Of a DNA stretch of 64,000 nucleotides, positions 39,095-53,768 are shown in pieces (position 1 is the first letter of the stretch; every line of letters starts with the position of its first letter). The DNA comes from Octopus vulgaris. Its lineage: Eukaryota. The notes under the pieces were generated by a model. That model was not told where the DNA came from. It did no database searches and saw only the letters and a program-made list of their open reading frames with translations. The stretch lies in NCBI GenBank assembly GCA_951406725.2, contig OX597817.1, positions 123,814,001 through 123,878,000 on the forward strand, in the 5' to 3' direction. The translations under genes were made by a program, and so were the position numbers.

Positions 39095-39435
39095 AGCTTT
39101 TACTTGTTTCAGTCATCAGAGTGTGGCTATGCTGGGGCACTGATTTGAAGGACTTAGTCAAGCAAATCAACACTAGTACTTATATTTTAAGTATGCTACT
39201 TATTTTATAAGTATTTTTTGCTCAAACACTAAGTCATGGGGGACATAAAAAAACCAACACCGGTTGTCTAACAGTTGTGAGGGGACAAATACAACACACA
39301 CACATACAAATCCATTCACAAGGTTTTGGTCAGCACAAGTCAATAGTTGAAAACACTTGCCCAATATGTCATGCAGTGGTGCTGAACCTAGAACCATGTG
39401 GTTGAGAAGCAAAAATCCTTACCACACAGCCACAC
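39095..39435 (-). mobile_element. SINE family B copy
   Basis: Reverse complement of the 4706-type SINE (gaaccatgtggttgagaagc...accacacagccac). Confidence 0.75.
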
Positions 39436-39778
39436 TCATTTTTACTCATTCTATTAGCAGTATTACTGGGAATATACTTTTGCTTCTGTGGATATGGGAT
39501 AATGTTACATTGGTACAATAATAAGATTACACAGTTTGGAATAATAAAATTATTTCTAGGAAACTAGTCTCTTAGCAAAAATCTGTTTGACATAAAAGCA
39601 GTATATGAACTAAAAAGTATTGCTTATAGCCACTTTAATGTGGCTGTTCTCTAAGAGACGATGATACTGCCATTTAACCCCAGGAAGGTATCTCCTCCAG
39701 CTGGTATATTTAGTGTATTTCTCAGATCCGATAATTATTGCAAGCAAGAGATAATTCCTGCTACCCTGGTTTCAAGAC

Positions 39779-39825
39779 CACCAACACATGTGGTTTCGAT
39801 TTGTGTTGGATCTCATCAGTGGTGG
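39779..39825 (-). ncRNA. Minimal HHR motif in a short PLE-LTR-like repeat (~39655-39870), cleavage site degenerate
   Basis: Reverse complement: ccacca CTGATGA gat-ccaacacaa-atc GAAA c cacatgtg t tggtgg. Palindromic stem III, register shifted by one base. Confidence 0.7.
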
Positions 39826-40116
39826 GTAGTCATTGCCAGGCATAGCAAGAGTTTACTTCACCTGCAACATATGTTATACACACACACACGCGCACGTGTG
39901 TGTGTGTATAACATCATCATCTTCATCATTTAATGGTTGCTTCCATGCTTGCCTGGTTTAGACTGATTGACAGGTTTGAAAGTCTGATTTGGCTTGGTTT
40001 CAACAGCTGGATGCCCTCCCTAATACAAACCACTTTACAGAATGTACTGGGTGCTATTTATATGGCACAAGCACCAGTGCTTTTTATGCGGTACCTTAGT
40101 TTGTGTACACACACAG

Positions 40117-40164
<48 letters not shown>

Positions 40165-40223
40165 ATGTACATATATGTTATATGTGTATATATATGTGTA
40201 TATATATGTGTATATATATATGT

Positions 40224-40257
<34 letters not shown>

Positions 40258-40295
40258 ACATATATATATATATATACATATATATATACATATAC

Positions 40296-40345
<50 letters not shown>

Positions 40346-40502
40346 TAGATGGTTTAACTGGAGCTGATGAACCAGAGAGCTGCACCAGGTTCCAGTCTGA
40401 TTTGGTATAGCTTCTACAGCTGGATGCCCTTCATAATGCTGTTTAGTAACTAAGCCAGTGGCCAAAATGAATATCATTAGTAGATTTATTTCTTAACATT
40501 TA

Positions 40503-41700
40503 ACAATTAACAAATTAAGATTTTAATCTAAAGTATGCTAGATATGATTAGTGTGAATTTTATTTTGTTGGAATGTTTGGCTCACTGACAAGACTTGAAT
40601 CATAACCCTTTTTACTTGCTCATATCTCATTTTTGTCTCAAACTGGTGTTTATAATATCTATCATTTATATTCATGTTTACTGATAATGCAAACTTAGTA
40701 TGAATTTATTCTTGAGCTCGATGGCAACATTTGTTTAGCACATTCAACTGAAGGCAGAATCAATTTCTGTCATATTATAGAAATGAAAGCTGCTGTTAGC
40801 TCATGAGACCAAAGTTGCATTAAAAGAAAACCTATGTTGAATTAAAAGTTGACATTGTTGAAATGAAGAATGCGGCAGCAAATTGATTGGTGAATAGTTT
40901 GAACATTAGAATGCTTTACAGATTTGTTCTGATTTTCTACACTCTATAAGTTCAAACTTTACTGATGTCAACTTTACCTTTCATTTTTATGGCTGCAGTA
41001 AGCAAACTGCAAATCCAGAGTGCATGTTTGCAGGAATTGTTAAAGCTACAATCCACTTGCTTTGTGGTGTCTATTCTAATTCATTGTGTTCTGAATTCAA
41101 GTTCTATCTCTTACTATTGTGTTCTTCTTGACTGGAAATAGGTCTTTTGATAATCCAGATTACAGCAATAATCCTCTAATATCAGCTAGAGGGATGTAGA
41201 GTCGGAAAAAATAACTCAGCTGTATTGATAAAACTAAGTGGACCTTGCACAAAGCAGATTAAACACTGGGACAGAAAAAAATTAGTCAGTGGGTGAAAAG
41301 AGTTGAAGAATATTTTCCTTAAAGTTTATAATACTTGTATTGTTCAGATTAAAACAACATATGGAGCATATGTTGGTGTGCATAAAGCTTACTCCAGTGT
41401 GAGTTAAAAAGAAGATTGTTATACAAAGCAGCATCAAATAAAATATGTTCATGTAAAGTCATACTGAATATGCTTAACACTTTAGCATTTAAATTGGCCA
41501 TATCTGGCCAAAATGTTCCATCTGTTTTACACTCCAACTGGTCAGATGTGGCCTCTCACACCCACCTCCTAATATCATTGTAAAAATAATCAATTGTGTC
41601 ATTAACTAATTAAGATTTTAATCTAAAGTATGCTGGATATGATTAGTGTGAATTTGATTTTGTTGGAATGACTGGATCACTGACAAGACTTGAACCATGA
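40503..41700. repeat. ~100-bp direct repeats 1.1 kb apart
   Basis: aattaagattttaatctaaagtatgct.gatatgattagtgtgaattt.attttgttggaatg...tcactgacaagacttgaa at ~40513 and ~41608. Confidence 0.85.
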
Positions 41701-42162
41701 ACCTAAGCTATGAGTTAATATATAAGTTCAAACAATATGAAATAAGTATTACATTTGACAGAGTAACCTAAATAGTAAAGGGTAAAAGTGCATTTGGATA
41801 AAGGAAGAGCTTCTGCTACGGTACTAGTTCCAGGAAAAAATTCTCTTCTTAGACATCTGTAAAAATACAAGACGGGATGTGAATGGATCCTAGGAAGCAT
41901 GTTTGTCACTCGCTGTCCTGTAAGAATGAAACAATTGTTATTAAAACAACATGCAAAATGTATGCAGGTGTGTAAGGCTTGGTCAAGCTATAATTAAATA
42001 AATAATGTCACATGAAGCAACAATCAATGAAATATATTTGTATAAAGTCACATTTAAGACATTTTGGTGCATTTTGGAGTGGTCCTATGAAAAAAGTTCT
42101 TGTTTTTTTATAATGATTAAGTTGATGATGAGGGAGATGATAATGATGACAATGAAGATAAC

Positions 42163-42197
<35 letters not shown>

Positions 42198-45100
42198 CTA
42201 TCTCAACTATTAAAAGTTAAGAATCTTTGCTGTCAGTACAACATTGCTATGTGTGCTGTGACTGAGCAATTAAAATAGAGGCCATTCCTGTTTTATACCT
42301 GCATGGTTAATGGCAGGAAGGAAGCTGACACTTGTAAATGTAATTGCTTCAAAATGTAAACCAATTATAAAAGAGAGACAATAAAATGGCTGTGGCAAAC
42401 TTTTGAGCCTTGCTTCAAATATTGACCATATTAATATGTGGTTGTTAGGATAAGTTTTTCTTTTTTCTTTCTTTTTTTCTTACAGTTTGCATTACATATA
42501 ATTAAACCCTTTCAGAACTCTGCAAGAATATGTTGAATGCGTTTAAATGTTTACTCTACCTCAAGAGATTGCTTTTATTGATTTGTTCTCTGTTCTAATT
42601 TCTGGATGATAAATAGATGAGCGATGAATCTCCTCTTAGACAGAAGACATGTGTATCACTGGTAACATTTGCAGATGATCTGGAAACTAATATTCACAGC
42701 TAAAGAACGTGGAATGGTGTAGATTAAAGTGTTCTGCCTTGAAACACTGAAAGTATTAGCAGTGAATTTGAACTCATAATATATGCTTTTAGAGAATAAA
42801 TTGTTTGCAACAAATTTAAAATCTGGAATATTTAACAATAAAATCATTATTCTATGGGCATCGTACTGATTTTTAGTGATGGCCTGGGAGTTTTGTTTAG
42901 TAATCATTCTTTATTGACTCGCTCTATCCATTATAAAGGACATTTAACATTGTATTTAATAGATTTTATGCTTTTAAATATTTGAATTGATTGGAAATAT
43001 TGCAATAAATTCAAATTTTGATTGAAACTGCTGATAGGATTGACAAGAGGAAAAAAAGTCATGACCTAAAATTTTGTTATGCCATGTTACAATGTTTATT
43101 GGAATGGAAAAAAAAATAATGAATAAATTTCATAGGTCATAAAAATTGAAAGAAATACGCACACACATACACACCCAAACACACTCATATATGTACATAT
43201 GAATGTACATACATATATATATATATATACTTATATGTATATATATATATATATAATATATATATATATACATATATATATATATTATATATATGTACAT
43301 ATATGTATATATATATATCTATATTGTATATGTACATATAAGTATATATATATATATTATATATGTACATATAAGTATATATATATATATATATATACAC
43401 ATACAATTATAACTATTAAAATATTATACAGATAATATATTATATATTACATATATAGTATATGTGTGTGTGTGTGTGTGCATGTGTATAAATACACACA
43501 CACATCAATGTATAGACACATACAATCACCTAAACATGTATGTATGGATGAAAAAGAAGGAACTTTTCAATTTATGTGCACACAAAAACCAACCCTTGAG
43601 GAAACAAGTTGAAGATTTAATTGAATCAAATTATTTCAATTTATTAAATTTTGTCGATGTTTATAAAGGTAAAAGAAAGAGGAAGAAAAGAAATCATAAT
43701 AGAATGATGTTTTTGAAAGAAATGTTAGTATGAGGTGGTGGGGTGGCGTTGATTCTTTCTCTTTCTTTTTGTTTTTCTTTTGTAACGTGAAAATTATTTA
43801 AACTGTTTTAATAGGGAGCCCAAAGGCCTTATTGAGAAGCTGTCAGAATAAGAAAGAAAACTTTACTTGAATTATGCAAATATCTGATAACAATGAGAAT
43901 TAAACTAGCAGGCAAATAATCCCACCTCAAACAGAATATAGCAAAACTATAGATGGTCAAGTGCTCATTGCTGAAAATCTTTGTCAGATGCTGAGATTTA
44001 ATTATAAATATTTACTTTTTATCTGTGCGTATTTTTTTCAGTAAGATTTATTATAGCTTTTAATTTTTATAATTATTTCTTTCTATATTTTAATTTAAAT
44101 TTGCCATTCAATTATAATTTTTAGAATTTTTCAAATTCTTGTGTTTCAAGTTATCCAACAAAAAAACAGAGTGATATGTTTTCCCTCTAAATGAGATATG
44201 AATACCAACATGATCTAAACTGACCTGCTTAGTGATATCATAATTTCATCTTAAATATATCAGAATTATAAATTATTAGAAATGATATGAAATTAAATAT
44301 CTCAAAACTGAAATCAATAATTCTTTGTACAAGTTGAACAGAAATGATAATATTTTTGACCAAATGCATATTGCCACTTAGTTGTGTTTTTTGTGCTTCA
44401 AATTCTTTAGTTGATAACTTTTCTTTCTATTCTTTCACAGACAAAATATATATTTGTAATGATAAAAGTTAAAGACTGTCTGGAGCTTACAAGCTCGTTA
44501 GGTTAGAGGTTATCTTGATTTCTTATGGTATTGGATGACAAAAAGTACAAGACTCCTTTCTGGAAGGGACACCAATCCATTGTAAGGTTAGCCTGCAGCT
44601 ACTACTTGTACTCATTTTCATTTGAGTAATTGGAGGAACAGAAAATGAAGTATCTTACTCAAGGGCACAACATATCACTAACTTGATCCTGCAGCTTTAC
44701 AATAGGAAATCCCACACCCTGTCTACTAGGCCATGCATCTTTGCAGTTAATAAAGTAGATATTAATTATACACTAGAGCAGATTCACTTTACTCTACAAC
44801 TAAATATAAATGATGGCTTTTAGACAAGTCAAATGACTTCAGTATTTCTTTATGTAAAACATAATTAAAAAATAAGCACAGATTTAGAAACTTAAAACTA
44901 ATCACTGTTTTTGTTGTTCTTTAATGTTTTATTCAGATGAATAAGAGCAGCATCTATGAACATATTTTAGAGTTTTGAGATTGGTGGTAGAAACTTAATC
45001 TCTGGTTGGAGGCCTGGCCTGAATGCTCCCAAATGAGTGGACACTGCTGAAGACACCTATAGTAAGGAAGGGTGTTAAACTGGTGGACTGGTTAAGTGTA

Positions 45101-46949
45101 CTACCTACAAGCCAATCTAGACCTGAGTGATTGATAAGATATATGGCCAAAGACATTCCAGCTCAGCTGTGTGAGGATTGTTTTTTTTTTTTCTAACATA
45201 GATTAATTAGCAATCTAAGCATCTACCTTTGGTAAGTTCCTCTCCCGAATTTGGGTTTTGGAAAAGGGGAATTTTTATTGAAGAAAGGTATAAGCCCATA
45301 CAGTAAGTCTCTCTAGTTTATGCTACTGTGTTTGTCCAAGAGAAATGCAAGGGCTGAAAGCTCTTGGCATCTGTATTGATCTAAACACTCTTATAAAAAA
45401 CTAGAATAAATATTGATTTTAAATTTTGGCACAGGGTTAACAAGTTTAGAAGAGGGGAAGTCGATTACTTTGACCCCAGTGCTCAACTGGTACTTATTTT
45501 TTTTGAGCCTGAAAGGATAAAAAGCAAAGTTCATCTCAGCAGAATATGAACTCAGAACATAAACATGGACAAAATGTGACTAACTATATTTCTTCCCGTG
45601 TGCTAAGAATTCTGCCAACTTGTTACCTCAGTATTGGAATAAATATGGCAAAGCATTTTGTCCCGTGCCCAAGACTGTTATTTATTTTGTCAACTTTTAG
45701 AAGGTTGAAAGGCAAAGTTGAACTTCATGAGATTTGAATTTAAACCAGAACAAATACCACAAAGTATTTTGTCCAATGCTTGAATGATTCTACCAACTTA
45801 CTATCAATATAGCTTTAAAATTTTAGTATAATGGCATCTGATTTACTGTGAGGAAGATTTGGCTGCAATTTCTTACCTGTTAAGGAGATGTAAATTTTAA
45901 TACTAAACTATATTGGTAGGCCAGAAAATATTATTAACAGTTTTATTTTGCTCATATAGTTCCTAGGAACGGTTCTGTAGAATGTTTTCCATTTACTTTT
46001 GTCATGTAGGCATTTGATAGAAAAATTTTAGAAAAAAGATAAAAAATAGGTAATAGTTGTTCTTGCTTATCTTAATTGTAATTGTAACAATTAAAATGAA
46101 TTAGTTATATTTAGAAATCACATGAAACTTTACCACAGGCTTGGTTCACATGGAAACTTAAAAAATGCAAATAACAAAAAACATGAAGTAAAAATTTATA
46201 AATGACTTTTGAATAAAACCATTTCACTTCCATATCATTGCTTGTCATCCTTGGTTAAGCAACCATTCTTGCCATGACTCTCCTACCTTTCTTTTCATTT
46301 CAGACACTGTGTATCTAAAGTATCTCTTTGCAAGATGCATAGTTTGAGGGATATTTGCCCGTTATTTCTAAAAGTTCTTCCAGCCTTTGTCTCCTAAGAG
46401 TTGATAGGGTTATTTTTTAAGCTTCTCTGTGAAAAGTTTAGTCAACAGGAATGAATATGCTGTCCATTAGCAACACATGAATTTCACATCTAAAACCAGG
46501 ACTTTTCCTGCATGATCTCTCTGTCACAGTGTATGTGTGTGTTGGGTTGGAGCACTCTCTGGCCCATATTCTGTCACCTCTAATGTAGCTCAAGGTTTGC
46601 TTTTGTTCCTATATATCAGTGGCCTATATGCCATAAGAAGCTACATACCTATGTACATGACACTACATCTCATTCCATCCTAAATATATATTTTATTTAC
46701 TATTTAGTCAAGGAGGGAATAATTGTACCCATAATGGCCTCCAACATTAGTGTGCAGAGGGGAGGAAGCTAGAAACTTGGTTCAAATGCTTACAAAAAAT
46801 GTACAAAGGTAAAAGCACTCAATATGTAGATGGTGGTACTAAACCAGGCAACAGATTATGTTTACCACCCAAGTGTTATCTTTATGTTATTCAGATACTA
46901 CATACTAAACATACACTAGCTTTATGCACAGACACCTTGAAAACATTCT

Positions 46950-47560
46950 CCAATGGGGTCATACTAATCTAGTCTCCTTCAATTACACAATGAGTAAATT
47001 GCAAGACCAATCAGGAAATCAATATTGTACACTTCCTGCAAATGCAAATAATATGCAACTGGAACACTAAAGGTAACCACAAATGTTAGGCCTCACAGTC
47101 ACTTAGGATCATCCTTTACGAGCACACATTCTTCTCATTGCAAAACTTCTTGTAACTTCTAGCCGTCTACAAAAATCAAGCAAGAATCACAATAGATTTC
47201 TTCTATCTCATTTGGGACAGTACAGATGTCACACATACAGAAATTACAAGACCACATTCAAAATAAAGCTATATAATTGTTTGTCATGCAGTTACTCACT
47301 AACAAACCTCAGTCCTTGCACCACAGAAATATTGCTCATTGTCTCTTTTATCCCCTGATATTACAGTGGCCACTGTTCCTCAAACCTAACTATTAATCTG
47401 CATCTATTTACTGCATCTATCCCCCAGTTATTTCCTCGTAATAACAAACCAGTAAATAAATTTAAAATAAAATTTTAAATCCCCGTGGTGCAGTTAATTG
47501 TAAAAGTTGAGTATTGTAAAGTTTACCACTGGGATAACATCTCAATGCCTTCTTTCAAAT
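46950..47560 (+). pseudogene. Old non-LTR LINE RT C-terminal remnant (CR1/Jockey-like)
   Basis: LLAVYKNQARITIDFFYLIWD...DHIQNKA and a decayed HRR..ASLSLFY.YY.GHCS-like stretch. Confidence 0.5.
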
Positions 47561-50047
47561 CACTAGAAGATGAACTGAACTTATCCTTGAAAATGTCATG
47601 AAGCACTTTTTGGCAAGTTAAGAGCATTAGCCAAGGATATTACACAATACTGATGATCAGATACCAAGCAAAAATTCTTCAGCTAAACTAACGCCTCCAT
47701 GTAGTTGCTCAAATTGCTAGGAATAGCTGCCAAATATCATTCAATTCATACTCTACTTTCTTTAGAAAATAAGGATATATTAAGTAAAATAGTCTGTGAT
47801 AAACTACGTATGAAAAGATGAGATGGTCATAGCAATAATGCTTGTGGAAATAGGCCTGTTTGATCAGAGATGACCTGATGTTAAACAAAAACAACTACAA
47901 CTTGATTATTTACAAAAGAACTTGAAAGGGAAAAATATAATTCATGTTAGGCCACTGTTCATTAATCTGTTCTGCTGTGCTTATCAATGAGTGAATTGCT
48001 GTTACAAGATGACAACAGCAACAAATCTCCAAAGATCATCCTGACACAATATTCAGATAAAAATGAAGAGAGAACTTTTCAACCAGATCAAGTCATCAAA
48101 AAGCCATCGATTCATTACTAATGAAGAGTTCAACTGAAATCCAATTAGCCTAGTTAATTCTTTCCTTTTGGCATTCACAGAAAATGATCTGAAGAAACAA
48201 GTGTTCATTTTATTGTGAAAATGGAGAAAAAGGCATAACCATAGTCAACATCAGCTAATATGAATAAAATTACAGATTTTAAAAAAATAATGTTTATGCT
48301 CAAAGTTTACAGGCATTATTATATTGTCATAAACTTTGATGAAAGCAATATTAATGGGTAAGTTTCATTGTTAAATTTTAAAGTTAAATAAGGTCATGCA
48401 GAAGTTGTTCATAACTGAGATAAAAATTGTTTTAAGAAGATACTTCTGTAAGAGGTACAGGTACAAATGCTAAATTCAGCAGTTCAATAAATCTTGCCTT
48501 TCAAAGTAATTTTCTACTATCTTAAATACAAGAGCTTCATGTCTTTCAGTGTTAAGCTTTAGAACAAAAGGAATGGTATGGTATAGGAAAGCATAGTGTG
48601 GTTTGGGATGGGTTGGCTGTAGCCTAAAGTTATCTAAACAGAACTTTACAAACATTGCAAGCTAAAGGATCTGAGAAAGGCAGCATATTAGATTTAAAGG
48701 CATAATATAACACAAGGTTAGCCAATACAATATAATTGATGATCAGCTTCGGAGTTATGCTTCCTGTCAATATCTATTCTTCTGATCCATTGAGATAAGA
48801 GTTTAAGTATTATTAGCATTGTGGACAAACTGTGGCTGGAAAATGGAAGATATGTTACACATTTAATACTTGAGTGTCTCTTCAAGGCCTTCAATTCGCT
48901 TCTTCTGTGACATAGATCCATTTGATGAATGATGTTTGAATCTATCTAACAACAACAACAGCATCAAAGTACCATTTCAGTTGTTGCATCAATCATGAAT
49001 GTCTTTAAATTCATAGATCAAGTTTAGTTATCTTCAAGTTATATTTCTTGAAAGATATGTGATTCCTAAACTTTTCTTTGTTGAAAGCTATAAAAACAGA
49101 GTACTCTGGTGATTTCATTTGGATAAAAATGTAATAAAAATAAACAACGAAAATTTATTCAGAAACAAATATATCATTACAATAATTCAGAGAATACTAA
49201 CATGTAGTGTAATTTCACTTTCAATAAGCTGTCTGTATATAACACAAATTAATATTTTTATTTAAAACACAAGTTTGAATTCAGAATGTTTCTAATATAC
49301 TTCAACAATAATTATATTTATATAAAGAAATGGCGTTTACTTGTGAAATGATATCCAAGTTTATCTCATTGCAATGTTTAGAATACATAGTTTGTGGTTC
49401 CAAAAGGCACTTTGTACTACATGTTTAGAATTAAATCTATTTAAAAAGGGAATTTTTTGTAATTTAGAAATTAAGTGCTATATAAAGAAATACAAAAGTA
49501 GGCAAATAAAAGGAAGAAGATGGAGCCAGAAAAACCTAGAGAAGAAGAAAGGGAGAGAGAAGAGACTGATAAAGACAATGCAATGTCATAAAATAGTTTA
49601 CTCTCTATTTCGGAGAGTTAGTCAACCAGATAGTGTTATTAAAGTAAAGGTATTGTTTTTCATGAAGAATAAGAGTAATTTTACACTGTCAAAGTAAACC
49701 CAAACAGTGTATGTGCTAAACATGAAACTTCATTGTGAAATTACAATATAAGCAGGAATTGCTATTCAATTTTACAAGTAAAGAAGAGTGCTTTAGAAAG
49801 TAATTGAAACTAGAAATAACCATAAATTATTCTTATAAATATCTCCTTTGTCTCTTGCAAACATCAGTCATAAAACAAAGCAAATAGAGAAAAGTTTGAG
49901 TAATTATGCTAAAAGCAAGCTAATGTTTATCTTCCGAAGAATTGTTCCACGGTTCTTTCTGTGTCTCTGTGTACCACTTTTGAATGTTTAACTTATATGG
50001 GTCCATTTTCAAGATAATTACATTTATAAAGTCAAGTATTTCAGCTG

Positions 50048-50093
<46 letters not shown>

Positions 50094-50114
50094 GTATATA
50101 TATAAATATATATA

Positions 50115-50154
<40 letters not shown>

Positions 50155-53100
50155 ATATCTGCATATATATACGTATATATGTGTGTGTGCATGTATGTGT
50201 ATGTACATATGCATATATAGATGTGTGTATATGCATATGTATATATGTGCATACATATGGGTATATAATACACACACACATGTATGAGGCACACTTTCAA
50301 GATATCAACAGTGAGTGCATGCCACCTGATTCTCTCAAATATCACAAACATTCCAAGATCTATCTTCACACAAGCATACATGCAAAACACACTTTTATAC
50401 ATTAGTATACATATAATAAGTTATTTTCCAAAATGATTTACAAATAAGAATGACTTACATAAAATTATAAAAATGTCATTGACATTTAAATTCTACTTTC
50501 AGAAAGTTAAAACATTTTGTTTACATAGCAACATATAATTTCTTAAGGAAAACAAACAAAACTAATTAGAGTTTTTTAAAACTCAATTTAATTTGTTGCA
50601 ATATTGCTTTATATGTTTCAAAATTAATCATATTTGTCTCCATCTCATTTTAGCTTAAAATTATATATATTGTGGAAAAATTAAAAGAACTAATCAAAGA
50701 AATAGAAAAATGGAAATATTTTGAAAGTAAATGAATGCCACAAAATGTTAATGAAAGAGCCTCTATATGTTACTGCCTCACTCACAAGAATATACCAAAC
50801 TTGTCTTCTTCAAATCTTACTCTATACTCTTAAGCATAGGAAGAGTATCTTGGTTAATGTAGTCCTGATCATCATGACTAGAACATCTCTTGATTATCGA
50901 TCTCTTGATCATCGATCTCTTAATCATTGATCAGCAACATTCAGGACTGATCTGAAGTTAGATTACAGCCTTTATATAATTACTAGCTATAGCAGCCAGA
51001 TGTCCCTCATAATCATCTAGCTTCCATCTGGCATTAAATTGCTGTTTCCTGCTATAAGGATGTCAGTGACAGGAACTGAAAATACAAACAGATACAGCAA
51101 GACATCTCATCCAACACTGCTAAACCCACTTCATAGTATATTTTTTTTTATTACTTATCATTATCATTTAAGGCAACAAGCTGGTGGAAACATAAGCACA
51201 CTGGAGAAAATGCTTTATGGAATTTCCTCTGGCTTCACAATCTGAGTTCAAGTGTCACAACGGTTGACTTCAAATTTCATCCTTTTGGAGTTGATAAAGT
51301 AAGTATCAGTTGAGCACCTTGGTTGCTCAACTAGCTCTCCCACTCAAAATTTTGGGCATTGTGCTTATAGAAGGAAGAATTATTTATCATTACCATTAGT
51401 TATCATATCTGAAAGCTTGAAAGGCAAAACTGGTCTTGGCAAGATTGGAACTTTGAATGCAGATATATGGGAGAATTACTGCATGGTATTCTATACAATG
51501 CTCAGATGTTTCTACCAACTCACACTTTTATGTTATATAGTAACTATAAGTGTGCATATTTATGTATATGGTAATGTATAGAGACACGTTGTTACACATT
51601 TAAATTCATACAATACCCAGTCTCTATTCATTATAGATCAGTCATAAATACTTTTTAATATGTTAATTTGACCTAGAATTTTTAATTACTTCATTGAATT
51701 TCAGCACAGATTTTAGAAAAGAAAATGTCATCTCTAATTGCACTTTCACAAGGAACACATAAATATAATTTACTTCAAGATAAAAATTTAAAAAATAATA
51801 ATAAACACAATATGATTCTGTTAAATAATTGCATGATTTCTTTATATCATTCTTGCAAATAATTTGCATGCTAATGCAAAACAAATCCAAATACTGAAAT
51901 TTATTTGAAATTTTGAAATTCTTTACTGGCACTGATAGAACACAAGAACACACTAACAAACATAACTTTATGTCCACAATATATAATAAATCTCTCTTTT
52001 AAAAAGCTTTTGCATTACTGCTCTTTCTAGTGAAGCAAATCAATCAATAAACAAAACTACTCTATCCATATTCATTGCATTTGCACAGTCAATTTAAGCT
52101 CCTATCTCTTGTTGTATAATATGTGTAATGATTTCAACATTTAGCAGTAATCTAAGAATGCTAAACATTATTGAAAAGCAATTGGAATCGGATAAGCTTA
52201 ATATCTCAACTCAAAGAGAAATAATAGCAGTTCTGTCCAGCAATTTGTAATAGTTAATACAAAACAACATTTGTCAAATTCCATTTCTTCTACAGCTCCA
52301 CTGATGATAGAAAAATAAAGAGCATGGAATAAAAATTTACAAATGATGTGAAATATTTTTTCCATTAGTAATACAAACTTTTTGCAAATGTACAATTTGA
52401 TTCTGACATAACATTTGTTATTGTTGCTCTCTGTAATTTTAGTTGTTGTTGTTGTAGATGGTGCTGGTAGTGGAAATGGTGATGGTGCTGGTGTATTGGC
52501 GATGGTGGTGGAAATATTGTTGTTTACTGCATCTTTGTACACTTGAAGATTTAGCATACAAAAATTATCAATTAAATTAAATGCCATGTAATTATACTGA
52601 TATAGTTCTAATATATTTCCTTGATATATTTTTTACAGGGTAGCAGTGTATCCAAACAATTTTACTCAGCACTGTAGCCTGGCTAAGCACCCTTTTTTTT
52701 TATCAGTACACTATTTCCATTACTCCAAATAAAGATGTGCACCACACTAATTTATAACTGCACCTGCTTACATGACATGAATGACATTGAGATAAGTGCT
52801 ATGACTCTAGTGTTTTCTTTTTTAAATCTGATTACTTTGCTTCTTGTCTACATGTGTGCATGTATGCAATTGTGTGTACTTGCTTATGTGAGAGCAGTAG
52901 AATTTCTATGGTATATAAAACATCATTTTAAATACTGCATTTCCTTGTGCTTAAGATTTCAATTAAGAGTCAGAGAGTAGATTAAAGTTATTAAAAAATA
53001 AGAATTTAATTAAATTAAGTATTTTTTATGATATTAGCAAATATTAAGCAAATTGCCTCATGATTTAATTTTCTCTTGTCTATGAGCATTGCTATCTCTG

Positions 53101-53570
53101 CCACTAATAACATTTACCCATCTCTTCCAATTTTCTAGTCTTATTGCCTGTTTGTGTGCAAAAGATAAGAACAAAAATCAAGGTCATGACAAGATGGCTT
53201 TCCTTAGTTGAACTCAAACTATCATTGTGGCAAGCATAAAATTCTTAAGATTCATAGAAGACCAGTTTCTTCACTCACATAAATACCACAAAGATACTCA
53301 ACAGAAATGCGGTTAAAGTTAGTAATATTTACCCCTCACCCCCAAATAGAGGGTCGACTATATTCAAAGATCCTGTAATTGTAAATCTCAGGACAGATGA
53401 CACTTGAACAATAGGTGACTGGAAAAGAACTAGTGTACAATGTCAACATTACGAATTTGAACAGAATAGCAAAAACCTATATTGAAATGACAGGAAGTAC
53501 CTTGAAAGAGTGATATATACAGCATTTGACTTCATTCAGAAATAAAAGCAAAACATACACAACTTACCAG

Positions 53571-53768
53571 TTCTATATTTAAGAGAAGAGGAATTATGTA
53601 CATCATTTATATTATTTACATTTGACATATGTTTGTCCTCATCTTGTTTGAAATTTCCCCAAGACACCTGATGAAGGCTGGAGGGTATATCAGCTGAAAC
53701 GTTGTGTTAACAACAAACAAGATGAGGACAAATATCCGTCATATGTAAATAATGTAAATAATGTATAT
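53571..53768 (+). mobile_element. Short PLE-derived repeat with inverted arms enclosing an HHR
   Basis: 53597-53650 is the reverse complement of 53714-53767. The same 3' arm recurs as a fragment at ~37803-37857. Confidence 0.8.
53663..53708 (+). ncRNA. Minimal type I hammerhead ribozyme
   Basis: gacac CTGATGA a ggctg-gagggtatat-cagct GAA acgt t gtgtt. Stem III is reduced to the palindrome ACGT. Confidence 0.85.

Noticed and set aside
43870-43882. Recurrent octamer (ATGCAAAT) sites as a window-wide signal
   Set aside because: Several occurrences are expected by chance in 64 kb of AT-rich DNA, and no snRNA gene was found nearby.
45040-45090. HHR-like ctgaaga-cacc...ggtg
   Set aside because: It is followed by ttaaac rather than GAAA, and there is no convincing stem I or III.
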